Below, one piece after another: positions 1-15,000 of a stretch of 64,000 bases of DNA (positions are counted from its first letter, which is position 1; each line of letters opens with the position of its first letter). Under the pieces are notes generated by a model. It made no database searches and was not told the DNA's origin. It saw nothing but the letters and a program-made list of their open reading frames with translations. The translations under genes were made by a program, and so were the position numbers. Origin of the DNA: Auanema rhodensis (lineage: Eukaryota; Animalia; Nematoda); the NCBI GenBank assembly GCA_964057225.1, contig OZ059897.1, positions 4,774,001-4,838,000 of the forward strand, read 5' to 3'.

Positions 1-3000
1 AGTTCCCATGTACACTCAACATTGCTTCCAAAAACATTTTGACAAAAATTTTCCCGAAAAATTTCTAAATAATTTCACAAAAAGTAGATGTTTTTAGATT
101 CCTTTTTTCAAGGCGAAGACGATGGACAATGTTATGCAACAAAAAAATCATTTCTTCAGGGTTAAAATCGAGGATATAAGTGTGAAACTATATCAGTTGA
201 TATCTCGGTGCATTTTTAAGCTAGCTCAAATCTGATAACACAGATCGACGCAGCTTAAAAATTCGCATCGAATGCACTATACTACATTGAGAAACGCTCT
301 ATACAAAAATTAGTTATGATCGTTTGAAAAATAATGCATTAGTGTATGTTGAGTTCCCATGTACACTCAACATTGCTTCCAAAAACATTTTGACAAAAAT
401 ATTCCCGAAAAATTTCCAAATAATTTGACAAAAAGTAGATGTTTTTAGATTCCTTTTTTCAAGACGAAGACATTGGACAATGTTTTTCAACGAAAAAATC
501 ATTTCTTCAGGGTGAAAATCGAGGATATAAGTGTGAAACTATATCAGTTGATATCTCGGTGCATTTTTAAGCTAACTCAAATCTGATAACACAGATCGAC
601 GCAGCTTAAAAATTCGCATCGAATGCACTATACTACATTGAGAAACGCTCTATACAAAAATAAGTTATGATCGTTTGAAAAATAATGCATTAGTGTATGT
701 TGAGTTCCCATGTACACTCAACATTGCTTCCAAAAACATTTTGACAAAAATTTTCCCGAAACATTTCTAAATAATTTCACAAAAAGTAGATGTTTTTAGA
801 TTCCTTTTTTCAAGGCGAAGACATTGGATAATGTTTTTCAACGAAAAAATCATTTCTTCAGGGTGAAAATCGAGAATATAAGTGTGAACCTATATCAGTT
901 GATATCTCGGTGCATTTTTAAGCTAGCTCAAATCTGATAACACAGATCGACGCAGCTTAAAAATCCGCATCGAATGCACTATACTACATTGAGAAACGCT
1001 ATTTACAAAAATCAGTTATGATCGTTTGAAAAATAATGCATTAGTGTATGTTGAGTTCCCATGTACACTCAACATTGCTTCCAAAAACATTTTGACAAAA
1101 ATTTTCCCGAAAAATTTCTAAATAATTTCACAAAAAGTAGATGTTTTTAGATTCCTTTTTTCAAGACGAAGACGATGGACAATGTTTTTCAACGAAAAAA
1201 TCATTTCTTCAGAGTGAAAATCGAGGATATAAGTGTGAACATATATCAGTTGATATCTCGGTGCATTTTTAAGCTAACTCAAATCTGATAACACAGATCG
1301 ACGCAGCTTAAAAATCCGCATCGAATGCACTATACTACATTGAGAAACGCTCTATACAAAAATTAGTTATGATCGTTTGAAAAATAATGCATTAGTGTAT
1401 GTTGAGTTCCCATGTACACTCAACATTGCTTCCAAAAACATTTTGACAAAAATATTCCCGAAAAATTTCTAAATAATTTGACAAAAAGTAGATGTTTTTA
1501 GATTCCTTTTTTCAAGACGAAGACATTGGACAATGTTTTTCAACGAAAAAATCATTTCTTCAGGGTGAAAATCGAGGATATAAGTGTGAAACTATATCAG
1601 TTGATATCTCGGTGCATTTTTAAGCTAACTCAAATCTGATAACACAGATCGACGCAGCTTAAAAATTCGCATCGAATGCACTATACTACATTGAGAAACG
1701 CTCTATACAAAAATAAGTTATGATCGTTTGAAAAATAATGCATTAGTGTATGTTGAGTTCCCATGTACACTCAACATTGCTTCCAAAAACATTTTGACAA
1801 AAATTTTCCCGAAACATTTCTAAATAATTTCACAAAAAGTAGATGTTTTTAGATTCCTTTTTTCAAGGCGAAGACATTGGATAATGTTTTTCAACGAAAA
1901 AATCATTTCTTCAGGGTGAAAATCGAGAATATAAGTGTGAACCTATATCAGTTGATATCTCGGTGCATTTTTAAGCTAGCTCAAATCTGATAACACAGAT
2001 CGACGCAGCTTAAAAATCCGCATCGAATGCACTATACTACATTGAGAAACGCTATTTACAAAAATCAGTTATGATCGTTTGAAAAATAATGCATTAGTGT
2101 ATGTTGAGTTCCCATGTACACTCAACATTGCTTCCAAAAACATTTTGACAAAAATTTTCCCGAAAAATTTCTAAATAATTTCACAAAAAGTAGATGTTTT
2201 TAGATTCCTTTTTTCAAGACGAAGACGATGGACAATGTTTTTCAACGAAAAAATCATTTCTTCAGAGTGAAAATCGAGGATATAAGTGTGAACATATATC
2301 AGTTGATATCTCGGTGCATTTTTAAGCTAACTCAAATCTGATAACACAGATCGACGCAGCTTAAAAATCCGCATCGAATGCACTATACTACATTGAGAAA
2401 CGCTCTATACAAAAATTAGTTATGATCGTTTGAAAAATAATGCATTAGTGTATGTTGAGTTCCCATGTACACTCAACATTGCTTCCAAAAACATTTTGAC
2501 AAAAATTTTCCCGAAAAATTTCTAAATAATTTCACAAAAAGTACATGTTTTTAGATTCCTTTTTTCAAGACGAAGACGATGGACAATGTTTTTCAACGAA
2601 AAAATCATTTCTTCAGAGTGAAAATCGAGGATATAAGTGTGAACATATATCAGTTGATATCTCGGTGCATTTTTAAGCTAACTCAAATCTGATAACACAG
2701 ATCGACGCAGCTTAAAAATCCGCATCGAATGCACTATATTACATTGAGAAACGCTCTATACAAAAATTAGTTATGATCGTTTGAAAAATAATGCATTAGT
2801 GTATGTTGAGTTCCCATGTACACTCAACATTGCTTCCAAAAACATTTTGACAAAAATTTTCCCGAAAAATTTCTAAATAATTTCACAAAAAGTAGATGTT
2901 TTTAGATTCCTTTTTTCAAGGCGAAGACGATGGACAATGTTATGCAACAAAAAAATCATTTCTTCAGGGTTAAAATCGAGGATATAAGTGTGAAACTATA

Positions 3001-6000
3001 TCAGTTGATATCTCGGTGCATTTTTAAGCTAACTCAAATCTGATAACACAGATCGACGCAGCTTAAAAATCCGCATCGAATGCACTATATTACATTGAGA
3101 AATGCTCTATACAAAAATTAGTTATGATCGTTTGAAAAATAATGCATTAGTGTATGTTGAGTTCCCATGTACACTCAACATTGCTTCCAAAAACATTTTG
3201 ACAAAAATTTTCCCGAAAAATTTCTAAATAATTTCACAAAAAGTAGATGTTTTTAGATTCCTTTTTTCAAGGCGAAGACGATGGACAATGTTATGCAACA
3301 AAAAAATCATTTCTTCAGGGTTAAAATCGAGGATATAAGTGTGAAACTATATCAGTTGATATCTCGGTGCATTTTTAAGCTAGCTCAAATCTGATAACAC
3401 AGATCGACGCAGCTTAAAAATTCGCATCGAATGCACTATACTACATTGAGAAACGCTCTATACAAAAATTAGTTATGATCGTTTGAAAAATAATGCATTA
3501 GTGTATGTTGAGTTCCCATGTACACTCAACATTGCTTCCAAAAACATTTTGACAAAAATATTCCCGAAAAATTTCTAAATAATTTGACAAAAAGTAGATG
3601 TTTTTAGATTCCTTTTTTCAAGACGAAGACATTGGACAATGTTTTTCAACGAAAAAATCATTTCTTCAGGGTGAAAATCGAGGATATAAGTGTGAAACTA
3701 TATCAGTTGATATCTCGGTGCATTTTTAAGCTAACTCAAATCTGATAACACAGATCAACGCAGCTTAAAAATTCGCATCGAATGCACTATACTACATTGA
3801 GAAACGCTCTATACAAAAATAAGTTATGATCGTTTGAAAAATAATGCATTAGTGTATGTTGAGTTCCCATGTACACTCAACATTGCTTCCAAAAACATTT
3901 TGACAAAAATTTTCCCGAAACATTTCTAAATAATTTCACAAAAAGTAGATGTTTTTGAATTCCTTTTTTCAAGGCGAAGACATTGGACAATGTTTTTCAA
4001 CGAAAAAATCATTTCTTCAGGGTGAAAATCGAGGATATAAGTGTGAACATATATCAGTTGATATCTCGGTGCATTTTTAAGCTAACTCAAATCTGATAAC
4101 ACAGATCGACGCAGCTTAAAAATCCGCATCGAATGCACTACACTACCTTGAGAAACGCTCTTTACAAAAATTAGTTATGATCGTTTGAAAAATAATGCAT
4201 TAGTGTATGTTGAGTTCCCATGTACACTCAACATTGCTTCCAAAAACATTTTGACAAAAATATTCCCGAAAAATTTCTAAATAATTTGACAAAAAGTAGA
4301 TGTTTTTAGATTCCTTTTTTCAAGACGAAGACATTGGACAATGTTTTTCAACGAAAAAATCATTTCTTCAGGGTGAAAATCGAGGATATAAGTGTGAAAC
4401 TATATCAGTTGATATCTCGGTGCATTTTTAAGCTAACTCAAATCTGATAACACAGATCGACGCAGCTTAAAAATTCGCATCGAATGCACTATACTACATT
4501 GAGAAACGCTCTATACAAAAATAAGTTATGATCGTTTGAAAAATAATGCATTAGTGTATGTTGAGTTCCCATGTACACTCAACATTGCTTCCAAAAACAT
4601 TTTGACAAAAATTTTCCCGAAACATTTCTAAATAATTTCACAAAAAGTAGATGTTTTTGAATTCCTTTTTTCAAGGCGAAGACATTGGACAATGTTTTTC
4701 AACGAAAAAATCATTTCTTCAGGGTGAAAATCGAGGATATAAGTGTGAACATATATCAGTTGATATCTCGGTGCATTTTTCAGCTAACTCAAATCTGATA
4801 ACACAGATCGACGCAGCTTAAAAATCCGCATCGAATGCACTACACTACCTTGAGAAACGCTCTTTACAAAAATTAGTTATGATCGTTTGAAAAATAATGC
4901 ATTAGTGTATGTTGAGTTCCCATGTACACTCAACATTGCTTCCAAAAACATTTTGACAAAAATTTTCCCGAAAAATTTCTAAATAATTTCACAAAAAGTA
5001 GATGTTTTTAGATTCCTTTTATCAAGACGAAGACGATGGACAATGGTTTTCAACGAAAAAATCATTTCTTCAGGGTTAAAATCGAGGATATAAGTGTGAA
5101 ACTATATCAGTTGATATCTCGGTGCATTTTTAAGCTAACTGAAATCTGATAACACAGATCAACGCAGCTTAAAAATTCGCATCGAATGCACTATACTACA
5201 TTGAGAAACGCTCTATACAAAAATTAGTTATGATCGTTTGAAAAATAATGCATTAGTGTATGTTGAGTTCCCATGTACACTCAACATTGCTTCCAAAAAC
5301 ATTTTGACAAAAATATTCCCGAAAAATTTCTAAATAATTTGACAAAAAGTAGATGTTTTTAGATTCCTTTTTTCAAGACGAAGACATTGGACAATGTTTT
5401 TCAACGAAAAAATCATTTCTTCAGGGTGAAAATCGAGGATATAAGTGTGAAACTATATCAGTTGATATCTCGGTGCATTTTTAAGCTAACTCAAATCTGA
5501 TAACACAGATCGACGCAGCTTAAAAATTCGCATCGAATGCACTATACTACATTGAGAAACGCTCTATACAAAAATAAGTTATGATCGTTTGAAAAATAAT
5601 GCATTAGTGTATGTTGAGTTCCCATGTACACTCAACATTGCTTCCAAAAACATTTTGACAAAAATTTTCCCGAAACATTTCTAAATAATTTCACAAAAAG
5701 TAGATGTTTTTGAATTCCTTTTTTCAAGGCGAAGACATTGGACAATGTTTTTCAACGAAAAAATCATTTCTTCAGGGTGAAAATCGAGGATATAAGTGTG
5801 AACATATATCAGTTGATATCTCGGTGCATTTTTAAGCTAACTCAAATCTGATAACACAGATCGACGCAGCTTAAAAATCCGCATCGAATGCACTACACTA
5901 CCTTGAGAAACGCTCTTTACAAAAATTAGTTATGATCGTTTGAAAAATAATGCATTAGTGTATGTTGAGTTCCCATGTACACTCAACATTGCTTCCAAAA

Positions 6001-9000
6001 ACATTTTGACAAAAATATTCCCGAAAAATTTCTAAATAATTTGACAAAAAGTAGATGTTTTTAGATTCCTTTTTTCAAGACGAAGACATTGGACAATGTT
6101 TTTCAACGAAAAAATCATTTCTTCAGGGTGAAAATCGAGGATATAAGTGTGAAACTATATCAGTTGATATCTCGGTGCATTTTTAAGCTAACTCAAATCT
6201 GATAACACAGATCGACGCAGCTTAAAAATCCGCATCGAATGCACTATATTACATTGAGAAACGCTCTATACAAAAATTAGTTATGATCGTTTGAAAAATA
6301 ATGCATTAGTGTATGTTGAGTTCCCATGTACACTCAACATTGCTTCCAAAAACATTTTGACAAAAATTTTCCCGAAAAATTTCTAAATAATTTCACAAAA
6401 AGTAGATGTTTTTAGATTCCTTTTTTCAAGGCGAAGACGATGGACAATGTTATGCAACAAAAAAATCATTTCTTCAGGGTTAAAATCGAGGATATAAGTG
6501 TGAAACTATATCAGTTGATATCTCGGTGCATTTTTAAGCTAACTCAAATCTGATAACACAGATCGACGCAGCTTAAAAATCCGCATCGAATGCACTATAT
6601 TACATTGAGAAACGCTCTATACAAAAATTAGTTATGATCGTTTGAAAAATAATGCATTAGTGTATGTTGAGTTCCCATGTACACTCAACATTGCTTCCAA
6701 AAACATTTTGACAAAAATTTTCCCGAAAAATTTCTAAATAATTTCACAAAAAGTAGATGTTTTTAGATTCCTTTTTTCAAGGCGAAGACGATGGACAATG
6801 TTATGCAACAAAAAAATCATTTCTTCAGGGTTAAAATCGAGGATATAAGTGTGAAACTATATCAGTTGATATCTCGGTGCATTTTTAAGCTAGCTCAAAT
6901 CTGATAACACAGATCGACGCAGCTTAAAAATCCGCATCGAATGCACTATATTACATTGAGAAACGCTCTATACAAAAATTAGTTATGATCGTTTGAAAAA
7001 TAATGCATTAGTGTATGTTGAGTTCCCATGTACACTCAACATTGCTTCCAAAAACATTTTGACAAAAATTTTCCCGAAACATTTCTAAATAATTTCACAA
7101 AAAGTAGATGTTTTTGAATTCCTTTTTTCAAGGCGAAGACATTGGACAATGTTTTTCAACGAAAAAATCATTTCTTCAGGGTGAAAATCGAGGATATAAG
7201 TGTGAACATATATCAGTTGATATCTCGGTGCATTTTTAAGCTAACTCAAATCTGATAACACAGATCGACGCAGCTTAAAAATCCGCATCGAATGCACTAC
7301 ACTACCTTGAGAAACGCTCTTTACAAAAATTAGTTATGATCGTTTGAAAAATAATGCATTAGTGTATGTTGAGTTCCCATGTACACTCAACATTGCTTCC
7401 AAAAACATTTTGACAAAAATTTTCCCGAAACATTTCTAAATAATTTCACAAAAAGTAGATGTTTTTGAATTCCTTTTTTCAAGGCGAAGACATTGGACAA
7501 TGTTTTTCAACGAAAAAATCATTTCTTCAGGGTGAAAATCGAGGATATAAGTGTGAACATATATCAGTTGATATCTCGGTGCATTTTTCAGCTAACTCAA
7601 ATCTGATAACACAGATCGACGCAGCTTAAAAATCCGCATCGAATGCACTACACTACCTTGAGAAACGCTCTTTACAAAAATTAGTTATGATCGTTTGAAA
7701 AATAATGCATTAGTGTATGTTGAGTTCCCATGTACACTCAACATTGCTTCCAAAAACATTTTGACAAAAATTTTCCCGAAAAATTTCTAAATAATTTCAC
7801 AAAAAGTAGATGTTTTTAGATTCCTTTTATCAAGACGAAGACGATGGACAATGGTTTTCAACGAAAAAATCATTTCTTCAGGGTTAAAATCGAGGATATA
7901 AGTGTGAAACTATATCAGTTGATATCTCGGTGCATTTTTAAGCTAACTGAAATCTGATAACACAGATCAACGCAGCTTAAAAATTCGCATCGAATGCACT
8001 ATACTACATTGAGAAACGCTCTATACAAAAATTAGTTATGATCGTTTGAAAAATAATGCATTAGTGTATGTTGAGTTCCCATGTACACTCAACATTGCTT
8101 CCAAAAACATTTTGACAAAAATATTCCCGAAAAATTTCTAAATAATTTGACAAAAAGTAGATGTTTTTAGATTCCTTTTTTCAAGACGAAGACATTGGAC
8201 AATGTTTTTCAACGAAAAAATCATTTCTTCAGGGTGAAAATCGAGGATATAAGTGTGAAACTATATCAGTTGATATCTCGGTGCATTTTTAAGCTAACTC
8301 AAATCTGATAACACAGATCGACGCAGCTTAAAAATTCGCATCGAATGCACTATACTACATTGAGAAACGCTCTATACAAAAATAAGTTATGATCGTTTGA
8401 AAAATAATGCATTAGTGTATGTTGAGTTCCCATGTACACTCAACATTGCTTCCAAAAACATTTTGACAAAAATTTTCCCGAAACATTTCTAAATAATTTC
8501 ACAAAAAGTAGATGTTTTTGAATTCCTTTTTTCAAGGCGAAGACATTGGACAATGTTTTTCAACGAAAAAATCATTTCTTCAGGGTGAAAATCGAGGATA
8601 TAAGTGTGAACATATATCAGTTGATATCTCGGTGCATTTTTAAGCTAACTCAAATCTGATAACACAGATCGACGCAGCTTAAAAATCCGCATCGAATGCA
8701 CTACACTACCTTGAGAAACGCTCTTTACAAAAATTAGTTATGATCGTTTGAAAAATAATGCATTAGTGTATGTTGAGTTCCCATGTACACTCAACATTGC
8801 TTCCAAAAACATTTTGACAAAAATATTCCCGAAAAATTTCTAAATAATTTGACAAAAAGTAGATGTTTTTAGATTCCTTTTTTCAAGACGAAGACATTGG
8901 ACAATGTTTTTCAACGAAAAAATCATTTCTTCAGGGTGAAAATCGAGGATATAAGTGTGAAACTATATCAGTTGATATCTCGGTGCATTTTTAAGCTAAC

Positions 9001-12000
9001 TCAAATCTGATAACACAGATCGACGCAGCTTAAAAATTCGCATCGAATGCACTATACTACATTGAGAAACGCTCTATACAAAAATAAGTTATGATCGTTT
9101 GAAAAATAATGCATTAGTGTATGTTGAGTTCCCATGTACACTCAACATTGCTTCCAAAAACATTTTGACAAAAATTTTCCCGAAACATTTCTAAATAATT
9201 TCACAAAAAGTAGATGTTTTTGAATTCCTTTTTTCAAGGCGAAGACATTGGACAATGTTTTTCAACGAAAAAATCATTTCTTCAGGGTGAAAATCGAGGA
9301 TATAAGTGTGAACATATATCAGTTGATATCTCGGTGCATTTTTCAGCTAACTCAAATCTGATAACACAGATCGACGCAGCTTAAAAATCCGCATCGAATG
9401 CACTACACTACCTTGAGAAACGCTCTTTACAAAAATTAGTTATGATCGTTTGAAAAATAATGCATTAGTGTATGTTGAGTTCCCATGTACACTCAACATT
9501 GCTTCCAAAAACATTTTGACAAAAATTTTCCCGAAAAATTTCTAAATAATTTCACAAAAAGTAGATGTTTTTAGATTCCTTTTATCAAGACGAAGACGAT
9601 GGACAATGGTTTTCAACGAAAAAATCATTTCTTCAGGGTTAAAATCGAGGATATAAGTGTGAAACTATATCAGTTGATATCTCGGTGCATTTTTAAGCTA
9701 ACTGAAATCTGATAACACAGATCAACGCAGCTTAAAAATTCGCATCGAATGCACTATACTACATTGAGAAACGCTCTATACAAAAATTAGTTATTATCGT
9801 TTGAAAAATAATGCATTAGTGTATGCTGAGTTCCCATGTACACTCAACATTGCTTCCAAAAACATTTTGACAAAAATTTTCCCGAAAAATTTCTAGATAA
9901 TTTCACAAAAAGTAAATGTTTTTAGATTCCTTTTTTCAAGACGAAGACGATGGACAATGGTTTTCAACGAAAAAATCATTTCTTCAGGGTTAAAATCGAG
10001 GATATAAGTGTGAAACTATATCAGTTGATATCTCGGTGCATTTTTAAGCTAACTCAAATCTGATAACACAGATCAACGCAGCTTAAAAATTGGCATCGAA
10101 TGCACTATACTACATTGAGAAACGCTCTATACAAAAATTAGTTATTATCGTTTGAAAAATAATGCATTAGTGTATGCTGAGTTCCCATGTACACTCAACA
10201 TTGCTTCCAAAAACATTTTGACAAAAATTTTCCCGAAAAATTTCTAAATAATTTCACAAAAAGTAAATGTTTTTAGATTTCTTTTTTCAAGGCGAAGACA
10301 TTGGACAATATTTTTCAACGAAAAAATCATTTCTTCAGGGTGAAAATCGAGGATATAAGTGTGAACATATATCAGTTGATATCTCGGTGCATTTTTAAGC
10401 TAACTCAAATCTGATAACACAGATCAACGCAGCTTAAAAATCCGCATCGAATGCACTATACTACATTGAGAAACGCTCTATACAAAAATTAGTTATTATC
10501 GTTTGAAAAATAATGCATTAGTGTATGTTGAGTTCCCATGTACACTCAACATTGCTTCCAAAAACATTTTGACAAAAATTTTCCCGAAAAATTTCTAAAT
10601 AATTTCACAAAAAGTAGATGTTTTTAGATTTCTTTTTTCAAAGCGAAGACATTGGACAATGTTTTTCAACGAAAAAATCATTTCTTCAGGGTGAAAATCG
10701 AGGATATAAGTGTGAACATATATCAGTTGATATCTCGGTGCATTTTTAAGCTAACTCAAATCTGATAACACAGATCAACGCAGCTTAAAAATCCGCATCG
10801 AATGCACTATACTACATTGAGAAACGCTCTATACAAAAATTAGTTATTATCGTTTGAAAAATAATGCATTAGTGTATGCTGAGTTCCCATGTACACTCAA
10901 CATTGCTTCCAAAAACATTTTGACAAAAATTTTCCCGAAAAATTTCTAAATAGTTTCACAAAAAGTAGATGTTTTTAGATTCCTTTTTTCAAGGCGAAGA
11001 CATTGGATAATGTTTTTCAACGAAAAAATCATTTCTTCAGGGTGAAAATCGAGAATATAAGTGTGAACCTATATCAGTTGATATCTCGGTGCATTTTTAA
11101 GCTAGCTCAAATCTGATAACACAGATCGACGCAGCTTAAAAATCCGCATCGAATGCACTATACTACATTGAGAAACGCTATTTACAAAAATCAGTTATGA
11201 TCGTTTGAAAAATAATGCATTAGTGTATGTTGAGTTCCCATGTACACTCAACATTGCTTCCAAAAACATTTTGACAAAAATTTTCCCGAAAAATTTCTAA
11301 ATAGTTTCACAAAAAGTAGATGTTTTTAGATTCCTTTTTTCAAGGCGAAGACATTGGATAATGTTTTTCAACGAAAAAATCATTTCTTCAGGGTTAAAAT
11401 CGAGGATATAAGTGTGAAACTATATCAGTTGATATCTCGGTGCATTTTTAAGCTAACTCAAATCTGATAACACAGATCAACGCAGCTTAAAAATTCGCAT
11501 CGAATGCACTATACTACATTGAGAAACGCTCTATACAAAAATTAGTTATTATCGTTTGAAAAATAATGCATTAGTGTATGCTGAGTTCCCATGTACACTC
11601 AACATTGCTTCCAAAAACATTTTGACAAAAATTTTCCCGAAAAATTTCTAAATAATTTCACAAAAAGTAAATGTTTTTAGATTTCTTTTTTCAAGGCGAA
11701 GACATTGGACAATGTTTTTCAACGAAAAAATCATTTCTTCAGGGTGAAAATCGAGGATATAAGTGTGAACATATATCAGTTGATATCTCGGTGCATTTTT
11801 AAGCTAACTCAAATCTGATAACACAGATCAACGCAGCTTAAAAATCCGCATCGAATGCACTATACTACATTGAGAAACGCTCTATACAAAAATTAGTTAT
11901 TATCGTTTGAAAAATAATGCATTAGTGTATGTTGAGTTCCCATGTACACTCAACATTGCTTCCAAAAACATTTTGACAAAAATTTTCCCGAAAAATTTCT

Positions 12001-15000
12001 AAATAATTTCACAAAAAGTAGATGTTTTTAGATTTCTTTTTTCAAAGCGAAGACATTGGACAATGTTTTTCAACGAAAAAATCATTTCTTCAGGGTGAAA
12101 ATCGAGGATATAAGTGTGAACATATATCAGTTGATATCTCGGTGCATTTTTAATCTAACTCAAATCTGATAACACAGATCAACGCAGCTTAAAAATCCGC
12201 ATCGAATGCACTACACTACCTTGAGAAACGCTCTTTACAAAAATTAGTTATGATCGTTTGAAAAATAATGCATTAGTGTATGTTGAGTTCCCATGTACAC
12301 TCAACATTGCTTCCAAAAACATTTTGACAAAAATATTCCCGAAAAATTTCTAAATAATTTGACAAAAAGTAGATGTTTTTAGATTCCTTTTTTCAAGACG
12401 AAGACATTGGACAATGTTTTTCAACGAAAAAATCATTTCTTCAGGGTGAAAATCGAGGATATAAGTGTGAAACTATATCAGTTGATATCTCGGTGCATTT
12501 TTAAGCTAACTCAAATCTGATAACACAGATCGACGCAGCTTAAAAATTCGCATCGAATGCACTATACTACATTGAGAAACGCTCTATACAAAAATAAGTT
12601 ATGATCGTTTGAAAAATAATGCATTAGTGTATGTTGAGTTCCCATGTACACTCAACATTGCTTCCAAAAACATTTTGACAAAAATTTTCCCGAAACATTT
12701 CTAAATAATTTCACAAAAAGTAGATGTTTTTGAATTCCTTTTTTCAAGGCGAAGACATTGGACAATGTTTTTCAACGAAAAAATCATTTCTTCAGGGTGA
12801 AAATCGAGGATATAAGTGTGAACATATATCAGTTGATATCTCGGTGCATTTTTCAGCTAACTCAAATCTGATAACACAGATCGACGCAGCTTAAAAATCC
12901 GCATCGAACGCACTACACTACCTTGAGAAACGCTCTTTACAAAAATTAGTTATGATCGTTTGAAAAATAATGCATTAGTGTATGTTGAGTTCCCATGTAC
13001 ACTCAACATTGCTTCCAAAAACATTTTGACAAAAATTTTCCCGAAAAATTTCTAAATAATTTCACAAAAAGTAGATGTTTTTAGATTCCTTTTTTCAAGA
13101 CGAAGACGATGGACAATGTTTTTCAACGAAAAAATCATTTCTTCAGAGTGAAAATCGAGGATATAAGTGTGAACATATATCAGTTGATATCTCGGTGCAT
13201 TTTTAAGCTAACTCAAATCTGATAACACAGATCGACGCAGCTTAAAAATCCGCATCGAATGCACTATATTACATTGAGAAACGCTCTATACAAAAATTAG
13301 TTATGATCGTTTGAAAAATAATGCATTAGTGTATGTTGAGTTCCCATGTACACTCAACATTGCTTCCAAAAACATTTTGACAAAAATTTTCCCGAAAAAT
13401 TTCTAAATAATTTCACAAAAAGTAGATGTTTTTAGATTCCTTTTATCAAGACGAAGACGATGGACAATGGTTTTCAACGAAAAAATCATTTCTTCAGGGT
13501 TAAAATCGAGGATATAAGTGTGAAACTATATCAGTTGATATCTCGGTGCATTTTTAAGCTAACTGAAATCTGATAACACAGATCAACGCAGCTTAAAAAT
13601 TCGCATCGAATGCACTATACTACATTGAGAAACGCTCTATACAAAAATTAGTTATGATCGTTTGAAAAATAATGCATTAGTGTATGTTGAGTTCCCATGT
13701 ACACTCAACATTGCTTCCAAAAACATTTTGACAAAAATTTTCCCGAAAAATTTCTAAATAATTTCACAAAAAGTAGATGTTTTTAGATTCCTTTTATCAA
13801 GACGAAGACGATGGACAATGGTTTTCAACGAAAAAATCATTTCTTCAGGGTTAAAATCGAGGATATAAGTGTGAAACTATATCAGTTGATATCTCGGTGC
13901 ATTTTTAAGCTAACTGAAATCTGATAACACAGATCAACGCAGCTTAAAAATTCGCATCGAATGCACTATACTACATTGAGAAACGCTCTATACAAAAATT
14001 AGTTATTATCGTTTGAAAAATAATGCATTAGTGTATGCTGAGTTCCCATGTACACTCAACATTGCTTCCAAAAACATTTTGACAAAAATTTTCCCGAAAA
14101 ATTTCTAGATAATTTCACAAAAAGTAAATGTTTTTAGATTCCTTTTTTCAAGACGAAGACGATGGACAATGGTTTTCAACGAAAAAATCATTTCTTCAGG
14201 GTTAAAATCGAGGATATAAGTGTGAAACTATATCAGTTGATATCTCGGTGCATTTTTAAGCTAACTCAAATCTGATAACACAGATCAACGCAGCTTAAAA
14301 ATTGGCATCGAATGCACTATACTACATTGAGAAACGCTCTATACAAAAATTAGTTATTATCGTTTGAAAAATAATGCATTAGTGTATGCTGAGTTCCCAT
14401 GTACACTCAACATTGCTTCCAAAAACATTTTGACAAAAATTTTCCCGAAAAATTTCTAAATAATTTCACAAAAAGTAAATGTTTTTAGATTTCTTTTTTC
14501 AAGGCGAAGACATTGGACAATATTTTTCAACGAAAAAATCATTTCTTCAGGGTGAAAATCGAGGATATAAGTGTGAACATATATCAGTTGATATCTCGGT
14601 GCATTTTTAAGCTAACTCAAATCTGATAACACAGATCAACGCAGTTTAAAAATCCGCATCGAATGCACTATACTACATTGAGAAACGCTCTATACAAAAA
14701 TTAGTTATTATCGTTTGAAAAATAATGCATTAGTGTATGTTGAGTTCCCATGTACACTCAACATTGCTTCCAAAAACATTTTGACAAAAATTTTCCCGAA
14801 AAATTTCTAAATAATTTCACAAAAAGTAGATGTTTTTAGATTTCTTTTTTCAAAGCGAAGACATTGGACAATGTTTTTCAACGAAAAAATCATTTCTTCA
14901 GGGTGAAAATCGAGGATATAAGTGTGAACATATATCAGTTGATATCTCGGTGCATTTTTAAGCTAACTCAAATCTGATAACACAGATCAACGCAGCTTAA

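Noticed and set aside
1-351. SatA as a simple dimer of SatB or of a 175-bp unit
   Set aside because: No colinear similarity by eye between the SatA halves or with SatB beyond short motifs.
314-502. 62-aa minus-strand ORF
   Set aside because: A satellite monomer in which one substitution (TTCCAAA for TTCTAAA) removes a stop; not a gene.
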